Of a stretch of 64,000 nucleotides of DNA, positions 39,058 through 51,200 are shown piece by piece (positions within the stretch are counted from its first letter, which is position 1; each line of letters begins with the position of its first letter). Where the stretch lies: contig MU626281.1 of assembly GCA_025603075.1 (NCBI GenBank), forward strand, positions 62,001 to 126,000. Reading direction: 5' to 3'. A program made the translations under genes and the position numbers. Under the pieces are notes generated by a model, which saw only the letters and a list, made by a program, of their open reading frames with translations, was not told where the DNA came from and made no database searches. The DNA comes from Neoconidiobolus thromboides FSU 785. Lineage: Eukaryota > Fungi > Entomophthoromycota.

Positions 39058-40845
39058 TCTTTTAAATAATCCTTGTTTTTTAATTTTTTTAGAAGGGTTG
39101 CTATGTAGTCATATTAATTAAAATATAATCTCTTTTAAGTTTGAAATCCAAAATAGATATTTTATATCTATGCTGTTTCCTTTTTTATTTTATACGTATT
39201 TGAATATAGTTAGGTTTGCAGTATAACGATTATTAATATGACTAATAAGCATTTAATTCTATATCTCTTAACCCGATGGTGCCTTCGTAAATGATATTGT
39301 GCAATATAATTCATAGATAACAGTAAACGAGTTTTAACATCATATTCTTGACATCCATGTTTTATTCTTTAACCTTATACTTATTTGAATTGATACTATA
39401 TAAAATGGTTAATTAATTTGGTGCTTAACACAAATCAATAAAAACTACTTATTTTCTATCAAATCGCACTATTTTTAAAGTTTATTCTTTAAAAAAAGTA
39501 TACTTTATTCATTATAATTTTATTTTCTTAAATTTTTACCAGGTTACTTTTGATTTAATGTAAATCTTAAATTTCAATTGCTTTACCTTTCTTATGATCT
39601 AGGGCGTAGGAAAAAGTAGGGAGTGATATTTTACATGGATGTCTTCTTTTAAAATAGATCAACTAACAGTTATCCAACTTAATTAGGAGACACAAGACTA
39701 TTTTTCATCAACGCTATATACAGAAAGACTCGGAAATATTTTAGTTTTACCAACTTTGTACATGAAGGGATTCGGAAATATTTTATCTTTATTATATTGA
39801 TTGATAAACACCACACAAATTAACCAAGATCACTACATATTCTAAAGTGCGGATTAAATGACACAAACTAGAGGAGCTTCAAATCTATATATGTATTCTA
39901 TAAGGTAAATTTTTTATAAATGATAAACTGATATTTTAGAATATAAAGTCAAAGTATTATAGCTCAAAAACAAGTAAATTATCATTATTATCATGTTTTA
40001 TTTAGTATAATTTGTTTTATGTTGTTTGATTCTTTAGAGCTTTAGTATAGTATAAAGAAAGACACAATATACCACTGGTTTTGTCGTTATTAAGCTTATT
40101 AAAGTTAGAGCTTTCGATAGTATATGTTTCTTAATTTAAATTAAGTTACGGTTTATATTAAGTGGTTCCAAATTAAAGACATTATAACACAGATTCATAA
40201 AATCATCCACTTTTCCAACGGCCATTTTATACAATATGAGTTTAAAATTTTCAATAAATCAAAAAAGGAATATTTAAAGCAATTTTAGATGTTACACAGA
40301 ATAAACAAAATCATCCCAAAATGCTATTCCAATATTCAAATAAGCTATTTTAGTGCTAAAAAAATCAATGTTAAACCCTTTATGTAAGGGAAAAAAGTAT
40401 TAAATTTTATTTAAAAGCGTGATAGCTTTTGTACTCGAATTATAAAATCGATAGTTTACTAGAATGATCAAATACCCGAGTTTAAGGTCACAATGGTTTT
40501 ATTTAATCTATAAAATCAAATAAGATTAAAAAGGCTATTGAAGTAGAGTAAAAGATATACAATGATGTTTAGGGAAAGGTAAAGCGAATCAATCTACAAA
40601 TCATGTATTTATTTTCATCTTTATTTTACACTAAACTTTTTTTACTATACTAAAATGATAGTATACTAATCCTAGCATAGTTAGTGGCCGATATATAATA
40701 TCTTACTATCACTACTATTTTAAAGTATCAAGTAAGGTGGAAAATGTATTAAAGATCATCTATAAAATAAATATGTATGTTTAATATTTAAAATTTTAGA
40801 CTTTCAAAATAAATTAGCAACAAATGTTCTTATTAATATAGATAT

Positions 40846-40938
40846 GTGGGTATCTTTTTTGTTTGGGAATTTTATCAACATTTTTCAACTCAATAGCATC
40901 TAAAAATAGAAAAAGTAATGAAACCAAAAAACATACTC
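40846..40938 (+). mobile_element. Degenerate GGGG-MITE copy
   Basis: ATAT/ATAG flanks; core recognisable. Confidence 0.65.
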
Positions 40939-41169
40939 ATAGTTAAATTTTAAATAGCAATGAGTTCTGTGGTTTTTAAATATACTACGAGTTTAAAATA
41001 AACGTGTTTTTTTTATAATTTGAAGTTGTCACAATCTAAACATAACTATGTAATTAGAATAAGTCATAATCACTAACTGTGTTTAGATTGTAATAACTTC
41101 AAGTTACAGCAAAATCCTTGTTTAGATTGAATTAATAGTAGTAATTTTTATTATATTTAAAATAATTAT

Positions 41170-41680
41170 AACCACATTTTATTTAAAAATAGTAAATAAT
41201 GAGAAATAAAGTTAGAAATCTGGTCAGTGACGTTGATGTTTTCAAGAACATTGTTATGATTGTCAATTTCACCACTTACTGCTTGAACAATATTACACCT
41301 CAATTCTTTTAAATGAGCGGGAAATTTATATGCTTGTTCAAAATCTACTAAAGTATATTGTCTAAGATTTGCAAATATAATTAGATAATCAATTATAATT
41401 CATATGCTTTGAGCTCCTTTTTTAAACAAATACAATTAGTACTTTCTTTCATGCATTTAAATTATCTCAAACCATTAGTACAGTATATACATTAGTCAAT
41501 GTAAAATTTTAAATATACAATCAATAAATTCCTTTTTTAATTTTTTTATTTGAACTAGTTTATACTATCACCAGTATAGCGATTAGTATTTCATATCTTT
41601 AAAATAGATAACAGATTTACCATATTTTTCTTCTTATAGGCTCCAACTTATGTAAGCTTCCTTAGACACTTTTGATGAAA
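41170..41680 (-). pseudogene. Decayed orphan-family ORF, copy A
   Basis: Reads ..MNYN*LSNY..DFEQAYKFPAHLKELRCNIVQ..VLENINVTDQISNFISHYLLFLNK, homologous to copy C; stops and frameshifts. Confidence 0.7.
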
Positions 41681-42019
41681 ATATTTAGGGGCTTTTTTTA
41701 CTTTCACCACTTCTCCACTTTTAAGTGACATTGAGTAAAAAATGCCGAGAAAATTCAAAAAGACAACTATTTCTTTTTATTTTCCTTTTTTTAACTATAG
41801 CCTTCCTCTCATGTACAAACCTCCTCTTAATTAAGTCGCTTTCTCTTGGACAAAAGGAGTTGTATATATAGGAAATTATATTCTGCTAAATTTGATAGTT
41901 TCATCAATTAAATGTTGTTATGTGATTAGTAAAGCTATAACTGCATAGGAGCATTTAATTGATAAAACTATCAAATTTATCAGCATATAAGAACCAACTT
42001 AACATTTGGATAAGTATAT

Positions 42020-42117
42020 GAGTATGTTTTTTTGATTTCATCACTTTTTCTATCTTTTAAGCGCTATTTGAGTGGAAAAATTGTTAGTAAAATCCTTAAA
42101 TCCTTAAATACATTCCC
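42020..42117 (-). mobile_element. GGGG-MITE copy
   Basis: ATAT/ATAT; followed directly by a second degenerate copy (42122-42215). Confidence 0.85.
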
Positions 42118-42244
42118 ATATAGTAATGTTTTTTAGTCTCACCACTTTTTCCATTTTCCAAGCGCTATCCGAGTGGAATAACCATTAGTAAGATTCTTCA
42201 AAAAAATACATCTTCACATTGTCTAAAAATTTTGGTGTTTTTTC

Positions 42245-42840
42245 TAGCTATAGCCTCTATCTTTGTGTTATCTCCTTCAGATTATCAACTTATTTTTCTT
42301 GAAAAAATACAGTAAATAGTTGCCAATGTAATCAGTGCTTAAACAAACCTTATTGTATCTATATGGACTAGTATAATATTTGTAACTTGGCTCAATAAAT
42401 CTTCCAAATGAATTGAATACTTATGTTCGATGTTTAGTTTCTTTGACTTGATCCATGACGTAAAATATAAAGAGTAGTATTTTCTTTGATGGACCTATAA
42501 GCCACCTTCATGCTCTGTTCAATCCCCCTCATTACCTCAAACAACTCCTTTTAACTAATCTGCTAATAGATAATACTTAATGTTTAGTTTTGAAGCAATC
42601 AAATGACAATAATTATATTAATTACCATAGTGATTCTATTTTGATAAACAGATAATCCTACATGGATTTCCAGCATTAAGTAATTGTTTACTATATTTCT
42701 CATGTTATTATTGAAGTGATACATAGTGTTGATAATATAATATAAGCAAATTTTATGTTTAATTTTATATCTAGTTACCTTATATTGGGACTCATTACAC
42801 TTATTAGTATTGTTGTAATTCTATTGACTTTGTTTTGTAT
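42245..42840 (-). pseudogene. Decayed orphan-family ORF, copy B
   Basis: Reads LDIKLNIKFAYIILSTLCITSI..IASKLNIKYYLLAD*LKG..SMKVAYRSIKENTTLYILRH..KYSIHLEDLLSQVTNI..CLSTDYIGNYL, homologous to copy C. Confidence 0.7.
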
Positions 42841-42936
42841 ATGCTCAATAACACTTTTGCTAAAAAATTTATAAAAAAAGTATATTTTTGTTTAAATTCC
42901 AAGTTTATATAGAATTTGGTTTATAAACTATCATAT

Positions 42937-43035
42937 GGGTGATGTTTTTTTGGCTTTATCACTTTTTTTATCTTTTAGACGCCATTTGAGCGGAAAAATT
43001 GTTAGTAAAACTATTAAACATAAAAACACATCCTC
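42937..43035 (-). mobile_element. GGGG-MITE copy
   Basis: ATAT/ATAT duplication. Confidence 0.85.
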
Positions 43036-43621
43036 ATATTATCATTTTATTTTTCAACTCGAAATATCTAGCTATTTAAAATGGGTAAATTTAAACCTAA
43101 GGTTCAACTTTTTTCCGATTTTAGTTTATTGAAAAAAATCCATTATAACCAACATCCTATTGTACTACAAATGTAATGAAATCCTCTTTTCGTATAAAAC
43201 TCTAGTAACTGAATGCAAAATGTTTTCTACAAAGAGTTTAATCTCATGTACCACAAGTCCAAATACGGGTTTTAAGTAACCAGTCTATCTCCAGACTTTA
43301 GATTGAACTTCGGGTATAAAAGTAGTTCACCTTTTTTTATTAAGAATGCATTCTTTTTATCACTTTTTTATTATTTATGTATATCAGACGGTTTGATTTA
43401 TTAAAGACAGTTTAAGAATCTGAATAACATTAATATGTAAAACATCTAAATAAAGTTTAGAAGATTTAGAAGATTTAGAAGATATAGGAATACTGTAATG
43501 TGTAAATCGGAATTTCCCTTACTTTAACAGATAATATAAACTCCAGTTCTTTGATGGATAATAGATGCTTCTTTGGCCAGACCAAAGCCTTCCTTATCAT
43601 CAACTCTTACTTATTTTAAGG

Positions 43622-44800
43622 CTTTTTCCTTGAGATAAACATGATATGTTGAAAGTGCTATATTTTTATTATAAATTTGAAAACCAAAGGTGCTTTGGTC
43701 AAATTGAAGAACACTAAGGATAAATTTCAGAGGAAGGGGGCTCAAAAGACGAAATTATTAAAAGGTTGTAGTGACTTGTTAAAGCTTTATGATAGTAAAA
43801 TTATCAAAGAGGATAAAAGTCTGTTCATTGATATATTAATACTCTTAATTACAAAAGCATAATAATTGAATTTTAGTAATTAGATTTAAAAATAAATCCA
43901 AAATGTATTTTATTATCTACATTATGGACCACTTCGATTAATAGTGTGTGTGATAGGATGATAAAAGGCAATTTAACTTGAAGAACACATGTAGAGCTCA
44001 TTGTTACTTTAGAATATAAATACGATTCGGATTAAAACAACCTTTATAAGATGGTTCCTGCAAAACTAGACGTCAAGGGTTCATTCTTGTTAATTTGAGT
44101 ATTAGATGGTGCCTGGATTACTAAAAATGTTCAACTAAGTTTAAGTACGGCCTATGAATTAGCTTAAAAGAATAAAACTACCACTGTTTTACGTCACAAA
44201 TTAGGTGAAAAAGATGAAGAATCTAGTATTAAGCATTCTGATCACTTGAAAGACTTGTTAAATGGGTCCACTAATGTTGCGCTTAGCTTAAAGAAATTTA
44301 GTGAAATTTATTTAGGAAGTCATTCTGTTGGTGATTATTTAAGTGCTTCAATGGTATTGGATGCTAGTAGTTATACTAATAGTATTAAACAATTGAATCA
44401 AATCAAATAAATCAGAAGCGTTATTCCTGTTGATGATATATTTGACATTCCTTTATTAGTTAAGGAATCTGAAGGATACAAGGATAAATATATTATATTA
44501 ACTTTTGGGAATAATGTATATAAATGAAAAAAAGTATCACATCAACTTGTTTCAAAGCAGCCCTTAAATATGATGAGTCATAACCAATTGGCTAATTATT
44601 TGTCAATTGATTACAAGCAAAATATTGTAGCCAATTTGGAACAAGCTGTTGAATTTGTATCTCATCTGAGGGAACTAAGATTTAACAATGTAAGAATATT
44701 AAACAGTAATACTGGGGATTATGATTGTATTCTACAAAACGGAAACACTGTTGGCCAGATGACTTTATTTCATAAATTTTTTTTGTTAAATCTAAAGTGA
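43622..44800 (+). pseudogene. Decayed orphan-family ORF, copy C
   Basis: One frame without apparent frameshift ending in track ORF 44570-44800; only 6 stops between 43922 and 44797 (~290 codons), far fewer than expected at this AT content. The 5' limit is uncertain. Confidence 0.72.
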
Positions 44801-44835
44801 GTGAGTGCTTTTTCTAAAATAATCTCAATTTATAT

Positions 44836-44932
44836 GGGGCTGTTTTTTTAGTTTCATTATTTTTCCATTTTTTAAGCGCTATTTGGGTGGAAAGATTGTA
44901 GTAAAATTCTTAAACAAAAAAACACTCCCCCC
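44836..44932 (-). mobile_element. GGGG-MITE copy
   Basis: ATAT/ATAT duplication. Confidence 0.9.
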
Positions 44933-45683
44933 ATATGTTCAGATCTATATATTTTTACTAATAAAATAATAAATTATTAGCGTTCTTTCATATAACTTCA
45001 TGGGCAGGATACAACGACAGTTGATAATTTAATGCCCTAATTTAAAATAAAACATATAAAAAGTTGGGGAACGTTAAAAGATCCCTTATATTCATTAGTT
45101 AGTATTCTATAAACTAAACTGTATATCAAGTTTTTCAAATACAGAACAAAAGCCAAAACAATCGAAGATTTCTAGAAAAAAGCCAAGAAATAACAAATTA
45201 CCAACTTAATGTAGTGGGAAATAATGTCTAAAATCGAAACTTTTAATTTTTTATCATTTTTGGCTTTTACTATAAAAAATAAGATATTTGAATACAAATA
45301 TCTCTTGCATTATGAAGAGATTAACTACATAAGTCTATCTTTTACTGAATAATATAGCTTATGATAAAACTTAATAAAAAAATTTATGGAAAAAAGCATA
45401 GGCAATAATTAATAAGAGGATGAAATATGACTAAAACGAATAACTTTCAAAATTAAATAAACAGCAGTAAATGAGAGTAATAATTTAATAGCGATATATA
45501 TACAAACAAGTGAAAAACATGAGTTTTAGATAATTTTTTAATAGTTTTGTCTTATCAGTTAGATTTTTTACCATCATTTATACCATTAGTTATACACAAA
45601 TTCAATTTGTTATTATACTAAAGCAGGTAGAGATAATAATAAGGGCCCGATTGCCAATCATGTCAAATAAATAAAATATATAT

Positions 45684-45782
45684 GGGAGTGTTTTTTTTGA
45701 TTTCATTATTTTTTCCATTTTTTAGGTACTAATTGAGTGGAAAGATTGTTAGTAAAATTCTTAAACACAAAAAAACACCCCC
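45684..45782 (-). mobile_element. GGGG-MITE copy
   Basis: ATAT/ATAT duplication. Confidence 0.9.
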
Positions 45783-46717
45783 ATATGGTTTAGTTTACAA
45801 CTATCCATAACCTACTAAAGTAAAAGTTATCTACAAAACTTATAAGACTAGATTACTATTGTGAAAGTTATAGCTTATATTTAAAAACTGTAGTCATAAT
45901 CTTAAAAAATGCTATTTCTTATTAAGGTATCAATATAGCTTGGCTGTAAACCTTGCCCTAACTATATTAAGTTAAATCATTTCTTTATTGTTTTGTTTTG
46001 TTTAAAGGATGATTATCTTAAGATCTATATAATAGTTATACTTGGCATTCATTACTACTAGTTGACTTTCCTCAATAACAAGGATTTAAAGGTCCTATAC
46101 TCGATCTCATTAATTAATTATTCTTATAAATATTCAAAAAAAAACACTACTATAACCTTCATATTTAATAAATGATTTTTTTGATTTGTTTTTCTTAAAA
46201 AAAGAACTATTTGTAAAATCATATTAACTTTTGTTATCCCTTCTTCGGATCTTTTTTCAATCTTCATTATATCACATCATTAGTTTGGCTTATTATTTCT
46301 AAATTGGCAATGAACTTTTGATTTCTAGCCTTGGCTATTTTCTTGGCAGGACAAATGGTAGATTTAGTTTCCGTTTAAGAGAATAAATGGTACCAAAATA
46401 GTAGCGTGTTTGAAATTATAATTTATATTCAAATTAATAAAGCTCAAATCCCTATTAACTACCTTATATCCATTCTTATTATTCTTTAATTTAAATTCGC
46501 CAAGAGATTTAATATTCAATTAAAGCATCAATTTAAGAAATTGATACTCTCAAGTTCCCTTTTAAATACCAACAACTTTCTCATTTTTAATGATTGCCTA
46601 GAAAAGGCTAAGAATTTATACAATGTTCTTTATTAAATGACTTTAAATAATCGATATAAATACTACTACTTTTCAATCAGATATTTACAAAATTAAAATA
46701 TAAAATACAAAATTAAA

Positions 46718-47215
46718 ATGCATATCTGTGAATGGAATGATTGTAAAATTCAATTTGGGGATGCTCAAGAATTACAAGCTCATCTTGTAGTTCATCATAT
46801 TGGCCGAAAAGTTACTCGAAATTTATGTTTAAATTGTCATTGGAGAAATTGTACTTCTATTTTTCATAAAAGAGATCATATTATTTCTCATATCAAAATT
46901 CATTTGGATCACAAACCATATATGTGTAGAGTAAGTTTTCTTCTTTTAATATTGTAGTTTAATTATTAATCTTTTATTTAGGATTGTCCAAAAAAGTTCA
47001 AAAGGCCACAAGATTTAAAAAAACATGAAATAAGGAGGCATAAGGAGAGAGTTTATACTAGTGATACAAGGCCAAGCTCAGAAGAAAAGAGTAGTGAAAT
47101 CCATAGTATGGATCTATTAAGTTTAATCAAAACTGACGAATCCCATCTAATAAATAAGGAGCAATCCGAATTTTACTCATATAAAAGTCCAACAATAAGT
47201 TTTATTATCAATTAG
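46718..47215 (+). CDS. pacC: Short PacC/Rim101-like triple C2H2 zinc-finger protein (148 aa, 2 exons)
   Basis: Exons 46718-46930 and 46982-47215; [52 protein letters not shown] matches the PacC fingers. Confidence 0.75.
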
Positions 47216-48294
47216 TTGTATCTTTCTATAATAAATAGCGTTTTTATTTAAGTAATTGTTAATTTTACAATATTATTTTAATATTGCACTAATAATAGAA
47301 CTAAATAAAATGGTATAAAATTCAATTTATAATAATAATGATGTTGTAATAAATATGTTACAAAATCTAGATTCTATTAAAACAAAAACAAAAATAAAAG
47401 AAATAATGGGGAAGATATGTAAACTGCTTACTCTTCAAAAACTACCAAAAGTAGCTAATTATAAAAAATCCGTTCAACGATTTTAAATTAACTCTTTATA
47501 GTTAAAAAAACAAGTCAATAACTTTTATAAATTTAATTTAAGTTAGTTCATAGACAATGGCTAAGTTTAAAGTGAATAGAAGCTGCAGAATAATAAAATT
47601 AAGAGGTGTCGATAAAAGCCGAATTGTTAATTACACTTTACTTTTCACTATTGTTTTATTTCTGTCTATATTTAAAGCTATGCTTAAATATTCCCAGGTT
47701 TCAAACCATGCAAATTATATAATTTGATAAAAATATATAAAATAATAGTTTATATTGAATTTTTTTAATGAATATCGGTTTATTTATCTCATGATCTTAT
47801 CTTCCTGAGTAGTAAAAATAAAAAATTAAAACAAAGATAAAATTACATATTTGATAGCATTTTAATAGCATTCCAATACTAGTAAATATTTAATAGACAT
47901 TAAATTCATGTTCAATTTAAATTTAATATGTTTTAGAAATCCTAATAGTTTTGAATAAAATTATAGATATGTGGTTAAGTTTAAATAGGAATCATAGGTC
48001 GATTTTACACCAATCATCATCATGTTCACTGTGTAACGGAAATAACATTGGTTCCATAATGAAAATAATCCACTAATATGCCAAAATCTATGTTATTAAT
48101 TTAATTGATTGGTTCTAACTTCCAATTAGAGAAATTTTTAAATTCATAGTAAATATGTTAATGAATAAGATGTGCCACTTTTGACTCCAATAATTTGCAG
48201 TTTGATACCAATTAAAAATCATTTTTTATTTCAAATTTTACTAATTGCTTTTAAATTAATATTTTTTTAACTCTTAATTATTTTATGGAATAAT

Positions 48295-51200
48295 ATGACC
48301 GCTTATAATGTTACCAATAGGAGGCAACCAAAAGGTAATAATACTCACAATTCCCGTCCACATACCGTATTTGGTTCCCAATCGTTAAACTCAATGTTCG
48401 GAAAAAGTCCAAACGGTCATATGTCAAGATTGGAAGACTTACCAGAAGAAGGTGAGTTGAGTTATAACCGCAAAAATTCAACTTCTTCCGTAAACACCTT
48501 TAATGGCGTTCAATATGCCGATCGCTCTTTTTCAAGTGGTCAATCCAATTTAGCAATTAAACTTGGAAACGCCAATTATAGCTTGGAAAGCCTTAATTCT
48601 ATTAGCTCGAATGCCGAAGAAAATACATTAGCAAAATTAACAAGTAAAAATAAACATGAAAGTTCAACATCAATCATTAAAGAAGGTTACTTAAATAAAA
48701 AGGTGGATATGATACCTGGTTCAGTTACTAATACATTAACGAGAAGCTGGAAATTATACTATGTTACTTTACTTGGTGCTAAACTTTCATTTTATAAACC
48801 ACCGACCGAAGCGGAAGTACGTAATTCAATTGCTTTTTCAACTAGTAGCCTTGGTTCTAGTTCCCCTCTATCTTCCTCCCCATCAAGTGTCTTTTCGAAA
48901 ACTTCAAGGAGTCCTTCGTCCACTGGTATGCCCTTAATTCCCGCCACATTCGATTCTAATGCAAGATCACTCCTATTTTCATCAACAAGGACTTCTAAGC
49001 CACTATCAGAAAAATATGTTTATGGTGATATTTTTACCGAGGTGGATGTTTTGCATTTTAAATTTAAACGATATACCTGTTTACTTATATTTGATGAACT
49101 TTTAATGGTATTTAAAAGACGATGGATTCGTAACAATCGTACAAGTATTTTTAATGCGGTTAATGATGCTTTAAAAATTGGTAGTCCTGGAAATTTAAAT
49201 GAAGAGATGGATCCTAGTAAAGGTTCATTTACAAAATGGAAACATCATGCAACGTACAAATTGAAGGATTGTGACGTCATTGATGCTTCATCAACAGTAT
49301 TTAATACAGGTAACGGTTCTAGTCGTAATCCAATGTTTAGTCATACTAATTCTTCCGCCTCATCGATATCTACACTTACTCCACAAAACGATTATTCTAC
49401 CCCATTAGCATCAGGAAAAGTCCAAGCTTTCCAACTTTTTATTTTAGATAAAGTAAGGACAACTAGACTTTTTGTAGCTCCAAATTCAGAATCTAAATTA
49501 GCATGGACGTCTCGTTTATCTGCTTCAAAAGAACTACCAGCTTCTGAAGTACTTCCAATGTCTTTACCAGATGAAAGTATGATGAATGAAATGAATTCTT
49601 CATTTTCTAGAGGCGATGGTGCATCCTTTACTTCAGAAGCATTATCAACTGTCGATCCTAACCAATCGAAACAAATTTCTACTTTAGATTCACATCCAGA
49701 ATTACTCTTTAATTGTGCATCAGAAAATGCTCATAGTTTATCTAGATTTATTATAGAATCTGGAACCGTTGACGCACTTATTCATGAAGCTATTTTTGCA
49801 TCCAAAACATATAAAAATGGAACGAATTACCGTGAAGTATTTTTATTCACTTATCCTTTATTCACTACTTCATCAGCTATATTGGATATGTTAAAACATT
49901 ATAGAGAATTACTTCCAAGAAATGAAGTTGATTTCACAAGTGAAGATCAAGAAATTAATTTAAGAATTGCTGAATTTATTGCTGCTTGGTTATCATTAAG
50001 TTCCTTTATTATTTGTGAAGATACATTTATTAATCTAGAAAGTTTCATAAAACAAAATTTAATATCAATTGAATCAAGATTTAATTTATTATCAATTTAT
50101 ACCAATTTAAAAACCAAATTTGAACATTTACAAAATGAAGTATTAGATAGCCCAAATCCAACAGATCCAGGAATAGCGGAAGTTAATCAAAACAACTTAT
50201 CATCTTTAATAAAAACTGGTTTAACACCTTCCGTATTTTTGAAAATGGATCCACAGGAATTAGCTCAACAATTATACGCTTTTCATTATCAAGTGATCGG
50301 TAAATATTCAGAAAGCTTAGGGGATCCAAAATTAATATTAGGTTTAATTAATAGTGGTCTTAATATATTTTCTTATTCTTCACCAAAACATCATTTTTTA
50401 ACTAAATTGATTTATCATCATTTATTTTTTGCAACTCCTTCTTCAGCACCCTCTCGTAGAGCAGCTATTTTAAATCAATGGATTCAAGTGGGCCATATGG
50501 CGCGTGATTTAGGTGATATGACTTCATGGATAGCTATTGCAATTGCTATTTGTTCTCCAGTAGTTACTAGGTTAAGTGAAACTTGGCGAAGTGTAGATAA
50601 GCGATTAATTAAATTAGTAACTAAACGATGGGTACCTGTGTTGTTAGATTTGGGATTATATTCACCTTTACATCCAGGTAAACCGAATCCACCTAAATGT
50701 ATGGTATTATTGCAAGAACCAAGTGCTAAAAGATCACCCACTAAATTTATTATACCTTATTTTGGAGCATTAAAGCATTTTGTTTTGAAAGTGGTGAAAA
50801 AAAATAGCCAAGTCGATAATTTTAATGAACAAAATGGGATGCGATATGAATTTAATGGGTTTCATGAAGTTTATTCGATTGCCCAAGCATTACAAAGTCA
50901 ATGGCCATATTCTTTAAGTCATGAAGCTTATAAAAATACAACGTGTCCATTTAAAATTAAAAAAGTTTATTTTGATTATTTTGAAAGTATAAGTTCAACA
51001 AATAATAAAGATCAAGGTTCATTTGGTGGTGAAATCGGATCGGATTATCTTCAAGAAAGTTTACACAAAAGATCTTTAATTTGTGAAATGTCCTTTGTAG
51101 ATGATTATATTACTAATGAAAAAAATCCATCCCGATTAATCTCAGCAATTGTGTCTTTAAAATTTCCAAAATCATTACCCAATTCACCTTTATTTATTGA

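Noticed and set aside
43677-43862. 61-aa track ORF
   Set aside because: Homology with copy B supports the neighbouring stop-containing frame, at least over its 3' part.
43622-44800. Alternative genetic code (TGA=Trp) for the decayed ORF
   Set aside because: TAA and TAG also interrupt the frame, TGG is used for Trp, and one aligned position is TAG in one copy and TGA in another; mutation explains it better. One shared TGA before KKV in copies A and C remains unexplained.
45001-45660. Apparent decayed reading frame
   Set aside because: Stop density is close to random expectation and no motif was recognised.
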